A program made the translations under genes and the position numbers. Shown piece after piece: positions 22,457 to 32,493 of a DNA stretch of 64,000 nt. Numbering within the stretch: position 1 is the stretch's first letter; every line of letters starts with the position of its first letter. The notes under the pieces were generated by a model. That model was given only the letters and a program-made list of their open reading frames with translations. It was not told the origin of the DNA and searched no databases. Origin of the DNA: Candidatus Poseidoniaceae archaeon (lineage in GTDB: Archaea > Thermoplasmatota > Poseidoniia > Poseidoniales > Poseidoniaceae); the NCBI GenBank assembly GCA_938084675.1, contig CALKGM010000003.1, positions 171 through 64,170 of the forward strand. The letters run 5' to 3'.

Positions 22457-25012
22457 ATGAGCGAACCGGAATCGTCGTCTGAAACTCCCAATCCGTTGGC
22501 TCATCACAAAAAATCATGGGACCAACATGAGCTGTTGGCTTCAGCACTGAGCACATATTTCGTGATTCACCAACACTCCGGGGGCCGGTGGCCCTCCTGG
22601 AAGGTTACTGCTTCTGGAGACGTCTCTATTCATCAGTGTCTTGTGGACGCAAATTCTCACCTTGAACGACTTGGTTGGATGGGGAAACTTACCTCAGATG
22701 ATGGCTGGAATGTGACTGTATTCCCACTGCCTGAACGCCAATTTCCGCGTATAAACAGCGTATTGCTCTTTTGGATTCTATCATTTCTCACACTAAGTTT
22801 GGCTGGTGACGTTTGGATGGATTCCGTTCGTCCTGACGGAGGTTGGTTCCACTCATCTTCGTTTGTTGATTCTGTTCTTGGCTATGCCCTCCCCATCATG
22901 TTCATTCTCATTGTGGCAACTTTTGTTCAACGTCGTGTAGCACGTCATTTCGGGGTCAGATCAGGCCATATCATGCCCGTTCCCGACCTGACCATCGCTT
23001 TGTACGCTCTAGGGATATTTCCATCAAGTTGGCTCTTTTGGCCCTTCGGGATACTGCTCATTCCAACAATGCCTCGCATGGATGCAAGGCCATGGCCAAA
23101 TCGAGCCTCACTCGGATATACCGCCCTATCTGTTCCAATTGTACTGATGCTCTCGGGTATCATACTCTTGTTTGCAGGTATTGCTTTAACTCCGCAATAC
23201 CTTGAACTTTCATCCATGCCGATGTTAACCTCTGCACCGAGTTTCCTCAGCCTTCTTGCAAACCAATTCATTCACGATGATGCCTTTGTTCGTATGGCTT
23301 GGGCGCATCCTTGGGTTCATGCTGGCGGAATGCTCCTCTTGTTTGCTTGGATTTCTATCCTACCAATACCCACCTTCCCAGGTGGAAGAATCCTTATCGC
23401 AAGAATGGGGATGTTAGACGCACGAAGTTCAGGAACTCAAAGCCTATTATTGGTCACCGTCCTCATGTTTGCTTACCTCTTTGGAGTGTTTGAGGGCTTC
23501 TCAATTTGGTTCCTGGTCCTTGGCCTTCTCTTGCCTCTCCTCTTTTTCCTCGGTAACGACATACGCATTCCATTCATCTTAGACGAGAATGAGGGGCTGA
23601 ACGAACAAGATCACCGTCGAATGGGGACGCTTTTACTCATTTCCTTCCTCCTTATTCTGCCTGCTCAGCAACCAGTGATGAGAAACGATACGTGGGACGA
23701 CGACCTTACGTTTGAAATCGGAGAGCCAAATCCTGCGATTTTGGGAGAAAACGGAATTTGGTACTCTAATAACTCCCTCAAGATTACCAATCCCTCTTCC
23801 CTCCAGAAGCCATACGCTGTTGATGTGTTCTTTGAACAAACAGGACATGATTGGAACGTTGAATGGGTTTGTGATGACCAAAATACGTTGACTCTCAACG
23901 GTCAAGGATGTGGTTCAGAACTTCTCCCGGGATATGCCGCTACCTTTTGGATCAATTATTCATGGTCTTCACAAGAGCAACCTTTGGTCTCTAACCTCAC
24001 CTATATTGTTGAAATTAATGATGCATATTTCCTAGAGCATCATGTGATTCGTCCCGGGCTTGAAGTTGTCCCCGCAGACCACTGGTATGATGTGCCCTCA
24101 GGCGACCATGTCAAACGCTGTGTGGACCTTTACGGCGGACTTTTAGAATCATCACAACTGAATGTTTCAGTGATGGAATCATCGATTGAATCCCTTCAAA
24201 CAATCTTGGTTCAACTTGATGGTGAATTAGGGATGAATGCAAGCCATGATTCAGTTCCTTCTTCAGTTTGTTTACGAGGCCTAGATCCACTCGTGTTCCT
24301 TCCAGCGATGACAGAATTAAGCTTGAACAACGACACGTTCAAGCCGCTCCTGCCGACAAACCGTCGTCATTTGGAGGGCATCGTCCCTGAACAAGGTTGG
24401 ACCATCGGGACTGTGGCTGATAATCAACCAGGCTGGGGGGCACTACTCATTGAAGGAGGCGTCCTCCAAACAGGAGAAGAGTTCTGTCCGATTAATCCAA
24501 CCATCAGCACGCCATCTCGACCTCTTGAAGGTCCTTGGATTTGGGATGCTTCCGTATTCAAATCAGGTTCGCTTCCCGATGTGGAAAGCGGTCAAAACCT
24601 AAACCTTCTACTTGCAGAAGGAACGAATGTAACGATTTGTTCCAATAGCGACCCGTTTAACCCCTATCCTCGTCTTCAATTTAATGTCCAAGCAGGGCCT
24701 GAGCTGCTGGTTGACTGGATGAATACCAGCACAAGGTTTTGGACGACACCGTTTGCTTTTGCTATGAATGGAACGATGGTGAATGAAGACATGGGCAATC
24801 TAACGTTCAACAATCCTAGCAATGAATCGGTTCCATTCCGAATCGCTCGTGAAGGTGGAATTGGTGAGGATTGGACTCACAATTGGGATGGACAATATCT
24901 CAGCCCAGGCGAAACAAACTTGACGTTAATTCCGCCTGCCGAACCTTATTCAACGATGTGGATTACACATGAAGCAGGAACGGTCGTCCTTCACCTCGCC
25001 AGTTACCAGTAG
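22457..25012 (+). CDS. polytopic membrane protein with an M50 (site-2 protease)-like core lacking HExxH, fused to a large sequon-rich extracellular C-terminal region
   Basis: ISILPIPTFPGGRIL resembles the M50 LPIxPLDGG motif. The position expected for HExxH reads ATFVQRRVARHFGV. The C-terminal 450 aa or so carry many N-x-S/T sequons. Confidence 0.55.
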   Translation: MSEPESSSETPNPLAHHKKSWDQHELLASALSTYFVIHQHSGGRWPSWKVTASGDVSIHQCLVDANSHLERLGWMGKLTSDDGWNVTVFPLPERQFPRINSVLLFWILSFLTLSLAGDVWMDSVRPDGGWFHSSSFVDSVLGYALPIMFILIVATFVQRRVARHFGVRSGHIMPVPDLTIALYALGIFPSSWLFWPFGILLIPTMPRMDARPWPNRASLGYTALSVPIVLMLSGIILLFAGIALTPQYLELSSMPMLTSAPSFLSLLANQFIHDDAFVRMAWAHPWVHAGGMLLLFAWISILPIPTFPGGRILIARMGMLDARSSGTQSLLLVTVLMFAYLFGVFEGFSIWFLVLGLLLPLLFFLGNDIRIPFILDENEGLNEQDHRRMGTLLLISFLLILPAQQPVMRNDTWDDDLTFEIGEPNPAILGENGIWYSNNSLKITNPSSLQKPYAVDVFFEQTGHDWNVEWVCDDQNTLTLNGQGCGSELLPGYAATFWINYSWSSQEQPLVSNLTYIVEINDAYFLEHHVIRPGLEVVPADHWYDVPSGDHVKRCVDLYGGLLESSQLNVSVMESSIESLQTILVQLDGELGMNASHDSVPSSVCLRGLDPLVFLPAMTELSLNNDTFKPLLPTNRRHLEGIVPEQGWTIGTVADNQPGWGALLIEGGVLQTGEEFCPINPTISTPSRPLEGPWIWDASVFKSGSLPDVESGQNLNLLLAEGTNVTICSNSDPFNPYPRLQFNVQAGPELLVDWMNTSTRFWTTPFAFAMNGTMVNEDMGNLTFNNPSNESVPFRIAREGGIGEDWTHNWDGQYLSPGETNLTLIPPAEPYSTMWITHEAGTVVLHLASYQ

Positions 25013-25020
25013 TGATTCTC

Positions 25021-25953
25021 ATGAGGATTTCCATATTGGGTGTCGGTTCAATCGGTACTCTAATGGCGACGAGCCTAGCACAAACCTCCCATGAAATCCA
25101 TCTTCATGTTCGCGGAGAACGGGGGGCTTCTCTCATGTTACAAGGACTGGATGTGCGGGGTCATTTGACCACAACCGTTCCGGCTGACAGGTTTCTTTTC
25201 ACAGCAGAAGAACTTGATATTTCTGAATTCTTTGAATTCGAATCAGACCTTGTTATACTTGCATGTAAAGCACATGAAGTTGCTCACTTGGCAACGATTG
25301 CAGCCCGTCTTGTGAAAGAAGACGGCTTAGTTCTTGCACTTTCAAATGGCTTGGGGCACGTTGAGACGCTCAGTCGATGCGTTGGGCCTCAACGTACCGT
25401 GGCTGCGACGACGACGCATGGGGCATATCGAGGCGAAAGTGGCGCAGTAACATGGGTCGGTAAGGGAAGAGTAAATCTCGCCAGCATCCCCCTTGGACCT
25501 GGTGTAGAAGCGATGACTCAATTGGTACGGTTGTTTGAGTCAAGTGGGCTTGAACCCGTTCTTTGTTCTGATTCAAGTCAAATGATTTGGGAGAAAGTTC
25601 TGTTAAACATCACCATTAATCCGCTTGCAGCTCTTGCAGGATTGAAAAATGGGGAATTGTTAGAATCAAACGTGCTTGATGGATGCCTCCTACTGTATCG
25701 GGAAGCGAAGCAGGTTGCAGAAATGGAACGCATAAAACTCTTGGATGAAGTGGAATTTGAACACTTGTTGCGTACTGTGCTTCAAGCAACGGCCGGGAAT
25801 TCTTGCAGCATGTTAGAGGACATCAAAGCAGGGAGAGTCACAGAGATCTCGTCATTAAATCGTGAAATTGCTAACAGGGCGGAGCAACACGGTTTGAGCG
25901 TGCCTCTGAATGAAGTTCTAGCATCTCTTATTGAGGCATGCCATCCTCTATGA
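25021..25953 (+). CDS. panE: 2-dehydropantoate 2-reductase (ketopantoate reductase, ApbA/PanE family)
   Basis: ISILGVGSIGTLMA Rossmann motif and KVLLNITINPLAALAGLKNGELL. The track start is GTG 25012; I use ATG 25021. Confidence 0.78.
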   Translation: MRISILGVGSIGTLMATSLAQTSHEIHLHVRGERGASLMLQGLDVRGHLTTTVPADRFLFTAEELDISEFFEFESDLVILACKAHEVAHLATIAARLVKEDGLVLALSNGLGHVETLSRCVGPQRTVAATTTHGAYRGESGAVTWVGKGRVNLASIPLGPGVEAMTQLVRLFESSGLEPVLCSDSSQMIWEKVLLNITINPLAALAGLKNGELLESNVLDGCLLLYREAKQVAEMERIKLLDEVEFEHLLRTVLQATAGNSCSMLEDIKAGRVTEISSLNREIANRAEQHGLSVPLNEVLASLIEACHPL

Positions 25954-27565
25954 GGTCCAGATTGAAGTGTAATCCGGAGTTTGAGGTTTGCAACAACGCG
26001 TCTTCAACAACCAGCGTTCCGATCAGCGAAAGATTCCGCAGTTCTATGAGTTCACGAGAGGGGATGCATTCTCTCCATAGCATGTCAATCTCATCATGAA
26101 ATAACTCAAGTCGTCGACTTGCTCGTTCTAAACGCTGATTGGTACGAACGATTCCCACTTCTTGGTCCATGGTTGTCAATAGACTGTTTCGATCATGCAT
26201 GATAGGGGCATGTTCTCGAAGGCTCGCCAAACCTTCTGCTCGCCATTGAGGCTGCCTTCCTTCATACGTGGGTGGTGGGTTTTTGATGAGGAATTCAGAT
26301 GCACGATGGGCGTATACTACGGCTTCAAGAAGACTGTTCGATGCTAATCGGTTTGCTCCATGCATTCCCGTACAGGCTACTTCTCCAATAGCATACAAGT
26401 GAGGCATGATTTCTAGACTGTTCCGAACAAAGGCACGACCAATATGGTCTACCTTTATTCCACCAACCATATAGTGGGCAGCAGGCACAACTGGGATGGG
26501 ATGTATTCCGAGTTCGATTCCCTCCTTGGTCAGCCGGCGTTGTATGTTTGGGAACTGCTGCTTCAGTTCCTTTGAATCAAGGTGAGATGTGACCAGGAAT
26601 ACATGGGATTTCCCTGTTGTCTTTAGGCATTGGTCAATTGCCCGTGCTACGATGTCGCGTGTGGCCATTGAGCCATCTTTTGAATGGTTGAGAGTAAACG
26701 AATAAGAGTTCGGCTTTGGGGGGGTGATTGCCTCTTCCTTTGCCTTCTCACAGGCTGCCATCCACCGCTCATATCCATCATGGTCGAGAAGGACGGCACC
26801 TTCACCTCGTAGTGCCTCAGACATCAAGAACGGGCGGCTGGATTTAGCAAAAAGAGCGGTTGGGTGGAATTGAATAAATGCAAGGTCTTGTACGCATGCA
26901 CCTGCTCTATAGGCCATCGCCAAACCATCCCCTGTGGCGACGCTCGGGTTCGTTGTGGCCTTCCAAAGGCGCCCGACTCCTCCTGTTGCCAGCATAATTG
27001 CATCGGCTTCTACGGTGAGGACTTCATCGCTGATTTGGTCCAGGCACCAAACGCCTGCAATTCCCTCCTCATCTGCGCCATGTTGGCGTTGAATAAGGTC
27101 GATAGCGAGTGTATTCGGTAGGAGGGTAATGTTTGCATGCCGTTCTGCATATTGGGTGAGCGCTCGCTCAATTTCCTTTCCAGTGGCGTCTTTTGCGTGT
27201 AGGATTCTATTTTCTGAATGTCCTCCTTCTTTTGCAAGGGAAAAACTGCCATCGTTTCGTTGTTCAAAATTAACTCCTATGTTGATGAGGTCGTTTATTC
27301 GTTCTCCGGCTTCCAGGATGATGGATCTTACAGCCTCTTCGTTGCACAATCCATCCCCAGAGCGAAGCGTGTCTTGGACGTGCGCTTCCATTCCATCATG
27401 ATTGGTTTTGTCAAGGATTGCAGCGATCCCGCCCTGCGCCCAATTGGTAGAGGAATCCTTCGTCCTTTGTTTGGTTATAACGGTGACATCATGGTTTGCA
27501 TCAGCGAGTTTTGCCGCAGCAAATAAGCCTGCAATTCCGCTTCCAACAATGACGATATGAGCCAT
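25928..27565 (-). CDS. nadB: L-aspartate oxidase
   Basis: IVIVGSGIAGLFAAAKLA, TNWAQGGIAA, HPTAL and GANRLASNSLLEAVV flavoprotein motifs. The 3' end overlaps panE convergently by 26 nt. Confidence 0.9.
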   Translation of the reverse strand: MAHIVIVGSGIAGLFAAAKLADANHDVTVITKQRTKDSSTNWAQGGIAAILDKTNHDGMEAHVQDTLRSGDGLCNEEAVRSIILEAGERINDLINIGVNFEQRNDGSFSLAKEGGHSENRILHAKDATGKEIERALTQYAERHANITLLPNTLAIDLIQRQHGADEEGIAGVWCLDQISDEVLTVEADAIMLATGGVGRLWKATTNPSVATGDGLAMAYRAGACVQDLAFIQFHPTALFAKSSRPFLMSEALRGEGAVLLDHDGYERWMAACEKAKEEAITPPKPNSYSFTLNHSKDGSMATRDIVARAIDQCLKTTGKSHVFLVTSHLDSKELKQQFPNIQRRLTKEGIELGIHPIPVVPAAHYMVGGIKVDHIGRAFVRNSLEIMPHLYAIGEVACTGMHGANRLASNSLLEAVVYAHRASEFLIKNPPPTYEGRQPQWRAEGLASLREHAPIMHDRNSLLTTMDQEVGIVRTNQRLERASRRLELFHDEIDMLWRECIPSRELIELRNLSLIGTLVVEDALLQTSNSGLHFNLDLIEDGMPQ

Positions 27566-27688
27566 GACATGCCCTCGTGATGCTTGTTGCTGAGCCTCCT
27601 CCTTCTTGATGATGATGGAGGCGAGATGGTTTCTTTACTCACGATATCACTATGAGGTGGCCTTGCTTCCTATGTGTTGGGGAGACTC

Positions 27689-28447
27689 ATGCGCCGTATG
27701 CTTGGAACGATTGTTGGTGGAGCAATCGTTATGTTTGTTATCGCAAATGTCCAATTCGGTGCCGTTGCTCCACTTGTAGTAAATGGCGTGGATGAGGCCA
27801 AATTAGACGTCTTCATGCTTTCAGACCCCAGTTGTAGTTTTGATTCCATAGAGGCTGAAATTGAAGCGATGGGGACTTCCTACTGTCTTGGAGAACAAGG
27901 GCAGTGGTCTGGTGCAGACATTTTGATGCTTTTGGAAGGGATCATCATCATTCTTGCTGGGCGCTTGGAACTGCCACAAAATAAAGCATGGGCTCGCCGC
28001 GTTAGAAAAATAGGCTTCATCACAGGATGTACCCTATTCAGTTTTGCAATACTTGACCGCCTTGGATGGATACCTAGTTCTGCTAATTCAGAAGGATTAG
28101 CAGACTTCTTTCCGTTTGACATATCACCCTGGATGGTACAAATCGGATTTGCAGTAGCAGGCGCACTGTTGATGCGGGGACCGAAGTACTGGGAGGCTGA
28201 AGCGGTGTCACAGACGCGTGAAAAGCTTGAAAATCGAAGAGAAAAAGCGGGGAAATTCCGGGGCTCATTCCTCACTAAAGAAAAGCATGACAAGAAAACT
28301 CACGACCGTCATGATCGAAGTCGCCTGCTGAGCAACGATAAAAATCTCTCAATGTCCCGAAGAAGAAGCAACCTTCTCGTCATGGCAACCTGCCCTTATT
28401 GCCGGGGCGGGGGATGTAAGAAATGCAAAGAATTGGGCGTCTTTTAA
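27689..28447 (+). CDS. hypothetical membrane protein with a basic linker and a C-terminal CxxCxGxGCxxC zinc-knuckle-like motif
   Basis: About four hydrophobic helices, a Lys/Arg/His-rich segment, and the ending CPYCRGGGCKKCKELGVF. Confidence 0.45.
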   Translation: MRRMLGTIVGGAIVMFVIANVQFGAVAPLVVNGVDEAKLDVFMLSDPSCSFDSIEAEIEAMGTSYCLGEQGQWSGADILMLLEGIIIILAGRLELPQNKAWARRVRKIGFITGCTLFSFAILDRLGWIPSSANSEGLADFFPFDISPWMVQIGFAVAGALLMRGPKYWEAEAVSQTREKLENRREKAGKFRGSFLTKEKHDKKTHDRHDRSRLLSNDKNLSMSRRRSNLLVMATCPYCRGGGCKKCKELGVF

Positions 28448-28581
28448 CACCTTCTCGGCGTTTCTTTTCCACTCCTGAAAACCGTATCACTGAGCCGTGT
28501 TTCTTAGTATTCTTTAAAACCTGTAAGCAACGGGTGTGAGAAATAAGGTAAGGATTTGAATTCTTACTATGAGGGATAGGG

Positions 28582-31500
28582 ATGTATCTAAAGTCACTTG
28601 AAGTTTCCAATTTCAAATCGTTCAAGGGCGAAGTGACCATCCCACTTGACCGTGGATTCACAGCGATCACCGGGCCAAACGGTTCTGGGAAATCCAATTG
28701 TGGGGACGCAATTCAATTTGTCCTAGGTCCGAAATCGAACCGAGTGATTCGTGCTCAAAACTCAACCGACCTTATTTTCAATGGCGGTAAAAATTCCAAA
28801 CCCGCAAGAGAATGCGCCGTCACTCTCGTTTTTGCAAATCCAGTGATGGGTAACGGACGTCGTCGCCTTCCACTTGACAAAGAAGAAATCCGTATGTCTC
28901 GAAAAGTTCGCTTGACGGCGTCAAACAACGTTTCTACCTCCTATATGCTGAACGGAGAAGACAGCACGCAGAAGGCATTCCACCGATTGCTTGGGGCTGC
29001 AAATGCCCGCCCAGACGGATACAACATTGTCCTTCAAGGAGACGTTACGAGTCTTGCAAAAATGACTGCTAACGAACGTCGCAAAGTTCTGGACAATGTT
29101 GCAGGTGTTACTTCGTATGATGACGAAATACGTAAGGCTACCAAGCAACAAGAAAAGGTCGAAGGGTACATTGAACGCATCGGGCTTTTGGAGAAAGAAC
29201 AGCTTGATCGCCTAGCAACTTTGGAGAAAGAAAAGGCTCTTGCAGAAAAGGCAAAGGAAGTGACTGAAGAGATTCAGCGTTCAAATGAGTTGTTGCTGCA
29301 ATCGCGCTATGCGAGTATGAAAAATGAATTAGAATTCCACACCGGTCAGCGAGATCAATCCATTGCCGCGAGCCAAACGCTCATGGACGAGCACAAAGAA
29401 AATGAGAAGACCTTGCTTCAACTGGATGACAGAATTGCTGAGTTGCAAAAGGAAATCAACGCGTTGACGGGAGGAGATACCTCCGAACTTGGGCGTGCTA
29501 TTCGTGACCTGCAAGTCAGTATTGAACTCAACAACGACCGTATTTCAGAAGCAGAGCGCGAAGACGGGGAAGAGGCAGTTGAACTTGCTGAAATGAATGC
29601 TCAATGGGCTGAGGCGAAAGACGAACTCTCTGCTTTTCAAACAGAACTCAAAACTGCAAACGATGACTTAGCCTCCGCTTTAGGGGATCTTGAAGAGGCT
29701 GAGGAAGAAGAAGAAGCCATTAAAATCGCTTTGGAATCGGCAGGGGAGAAAAACCTCGATCTCTCACGTGCTCTATCCAAGGCTAACGAAAACACGGCAT
29801 CAAAGAAAGCGGCATTAGACAGTGCTCAGTCGGATGTTGACAGACTTGCTCTTGAAGCACAACTTATCGGGGAGCAACTTGCAACCGCACAAGGTGAAGC
29901 AGAAGAGATGAGGCTCGCCCTTGGAGAGTGTGACCTTCGCAAGGAAGAACTCGAGGATGAAGCGCCCGAATATGACCGGGAAGCATTAGCAGCGGCCTTG
30001 ATTCAATCTCAGCGTACCGAACAACAATTGACAGAAGACTCGGGGCGTGTTGAAAATAAATTCAGAGATGCTGAACGACGTCTTTCAAGAGCGAGGTCGG
30101 AAATGGAAGAAAAATCTGGTGCGAAAGGTCTTGCCGGGGGCGCAAGCGCCGTAATCGCTGCACGTGACCGTGGTGACCTCACCGGCATCATTGGCACCAT
30201 CGCTGAGTTGTGTGCTCCAAAAGATAATTCTCACGAAACAGCATTGGCCACAGCGATTGGTGCTGGAATGGCATCGGTTGTTGTTGATACCGACGAAGAT
30301 GCTGCTCGTGCTATTCGTTGGCTTTCAGAAAACCGTGCTGGACGAGCGACGTTCCTGCCTCTCAATAAACTAGCAAATTCAAGGGCCGCTGGAAAATCAG
30401 TCATGGTTGCTCGAAAAGAGGGAGTTATTGGTTTTGCACATGAAATGCTGGATTACGACCCTCGGATTGATATTGCGGTTCGATTTGTTCTAAGGAACAC
30501 ACTCCTCGTTGATTCAATGGCAACTGCACGACGCCACATGGGTGGAATTCGCTTGGTTACACTTGGGGGCAACCTCACGGAAGCTGGTGGAGCAATGGTT
30601 GGCGGTTCTCGTCGCAAACTCAGCATCACCTTTGGTGGCCGAATTCAAGGAGCAACTGAAGTTGAGAACTGTAGTGCTGAGGTTGAAAAATACCGCTTGA
30701 TGTCAGAAACGGTCTCCGCTGCCTTGCGCGAAGCCCGAATTAAGCAACAAGAACTGAGGGCGCAGATTAATGCCCTTGTGGATGATACCTACGCAACATC
30801 AGTTCGCGAATTGAAGGCTGAACGAAGGCAGTTGCAAACTACTTATTCCAAAGGGCAGGGTGTCGTCAATGGACTGGAAGAGAAACTCGCTAAACTGCAG
30901 ACAAGAGCTCAACATTCGTTGAAGTCTTTGGATGAAGCGCAGCGACAATATGCTACTGCAGAGGATGAGGAAAGCCTTGCACAATCAGTGCTCGAGGCCG
31001 CAAGTCCTGAGCATTTGCGTGAGCGGATGAATGCTGCAAAACTCAAGCGTGTTGAAGCGACAGGTGTGAAAGAGCGAGCGGAAGGTTCCCTTGCGAGTGG
31101 TTCAGCGAGTCTGAATCTCCTGCAACGCCGTGTTGCTGAGTCAAAAGGAAGGATAACCCGTCTTGAGTCCAACCGAATTTCTCGAAGTGAACGAATTGAT
31201 ACACTCTCGGCAGAACGTGCCAGCGACTTGATTACACTCAAGGAGAAGAAGGATGAACAAGCCGTCTTCCTTGAGGAAAACCTCGGCCTTGAGCAAGAGC
31301 GTCAAGAGTTGGTAGATGAGCGAGCAACACTTCGTGTAAGAAACGAAGAACGCTTGACTAAGGCCCAAAACCACCGCCGTTTGGCTGAAGAGTTACTTCG
31401 TACCATCGCCGAGCGAGAACATGAAGTTCAGTTGATGGCGCAAGAATTGATTGAAGCAGGACTCTCGCCTCATGAACTTCCTCATGACCTCGCCAATGTC

Positions 31501-32484
31501 GGTGACTTGGAACGCAAACTTCGTGTCCTACAACGCAGACTTGAAGGCTTTGGAAACGTCAATATGATGGCGATTGAACAATACGATGCGTGTCAAGACC
31601 GTTTAAACTTGATGAAGGATGAATTTTCAATGCTCCAAAAGCATCGTAAAGAATTGATTGACGTGACAGAACAACTTGAATCACAACGCAAGGAACGTCT
31701 TGTTGATGTTCTTGAGAAGGTTAATGTGAATTTCCAGAAATCCTATCATGCATTGTCCGATGGAGGACGCGGAGAACTGTTCCTTGAAAATCCAGATGAG
31801 CCTTTCAAAGGTGGATTGGAGTTATGGGCCCAGCCTCGTGGTAAATCCTCCAAGGTCAACCGTCAGCAACTCTCTGGTGGGGAGCAATCTATGGCTGCAC
31901 TGGCCTTGATTTTCGCCATCCAAGATTATGACCCAAGTCCGTTTTACTACTTTGATGAAGTGGATCAAAACCTCGATGCTTACAACGCTGAACGAATTGC
32001 AAAGATGTGCAGGGAGCGAAGTCAACGAGCCCAATTCATCATGGTTACACTGCGAAAGGTTTCGTTGAAACTTGCTGACCATCACATCGGAATCACGCAT
32101 GGTGGAGACGGCTGCAGCCGTCGTATCTTGGACTTTGATAGGGAACGAGCCATGGCCTTGGGTGATGCTGCGTTGAAAGAAGCACAAAAGGCAGCAAAGA
32201 AGAATGAAACTAGAATTCTCAATGCCAAAGCAGCGGTTGAGGGGATGCCTCTTGTCCCAACCGAGCCAGAAGTGCCTCAGAGTCTCGGGGGCTTGGTTCC
32301 GCACATGCAGACAACATCCCCTCCCGTGGTTGAGCCGACAATGAGCGGCCTTGCAGAGCGCGCAGCAGAATTGACAGAAGATATCGCTGAGCGTTCAGAA
32401 GTCGCTCACAAGATTCTTGCGGAGGACGCAGATGAAGCCAAGGAACTGGCGGACTTGTCCTCGCAAATTGAAGATGAAGTTTGA
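28582..32484 (+). CDS. smc: chromosome segregation protein SMC
   Basis: MYLKSLEVSNFKSFKG...ITGPNGSGKSN (Walker A), long coiled coils, a hinge, LSGGEQSMAALALIFAI (signature) and FYYFDEVDQNLD (Walker B). Confidence 0.95.
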   Translation: MYLKSLEVSNFKSFKGEVTIPLDRGFTAITGPNGSGKSNCGDAIQFVLGPKSNRVIRAQNSTDLIFNGGKNSKPARECAVTLVFANPVMGNGRRRLPLDKEEIRMSRKVRLTASNNVSTSYMLNGEDSTQKAFHRLLGAANARPDGYNIVLQGDVTSLAKMTANERRKVLDNVAGVTSYDDEIRKATKQQEKVEGYIERIGLLEKEQLDRLATLEKEKALAEKAKEVTEEIQRSNELLLQSRYASMKNELEFHTGQRDQSIAASQTLMDEHKENEKTLLQLDDRIAELQKEINALTGGDTSELGRAIRDLQVSIELNNDRISEAEREDGEEAVELAEMNAQWAEAKDELSAFQTELKTANDDLASALGDLEEAEEEEEAIKIALESAGEKNLDLSRALSKANENTASKKAALDSAQSDVDRLALEAQLIGEQLATAQGEAEEMRLALGECDLRKEELEDEAPEYDREALAAALIQSQRTEQQLTEDSGRVENKFRDAERRLSRARSEMEEKSGAKGLAGGASAVIAARDRGDLTGIIGTIAELCAPKDNSHETALATAIGAGMASVVVDTDEDAARAIRWLSENRAGRATFLPLNKLANSRAAGKSVMVARKEGVIGFAHEMLDYDPRIDIAVRFVLRNTLLVDSMATARRHMGGIRLVTLGGNLTEAGGAMVGGSRRKLSITFGGRIQGATEVENCSAEVEKYRLMSETVSAALREARIKQQELRAQINALVDDTYATSVRELKAERRQLQTTYSKGQGVVNGLEEKLAKLQTRAQHSLKSLDEAQRQYATAEDEESLAQSVLEAASPEHLRERMNAAKLKRVEATGVKERAEGSLASGSASLNLLQRRVAESKGRITRLESNRISRSERIDTLSAERASDLITLKEKKDEQAVFLEENLGLEQERQELVDERATLRVRNEERLTKAQNHRRLAEELLRTIAEREHEVQLMAQELIEAGLSPHELPHDLANVGDLERKLRVLQRRLEGFGNVNMMAIEQYDACQDRLNLMKDEFSMLQKHRKELIDVTEQLESQRKERLVDVLEKVNVNFQKSYHALSDGGRGELFLENPDEPFKGGLELWAQPRGKSSKVNRQQLSGGEQSMAALALIFAIQDYDPSPFYYFDEVDQNLDAYNAERIAKMCRERSQRAQFIMVTLRKVSLKLADHHIGITHGGDGCSRRILDFDRERAMALGDAALKEAQKAAKKNETRILNAKAAVEGMPLVPTEPEVPQSLGGLVPHMQTTSPPVVEPTMSGLAERAAELTEDIAERSEVAHKILAEDADEAKELADLSSQIEDEV

Positions 32485-32493
32485 GGTGGTGTC

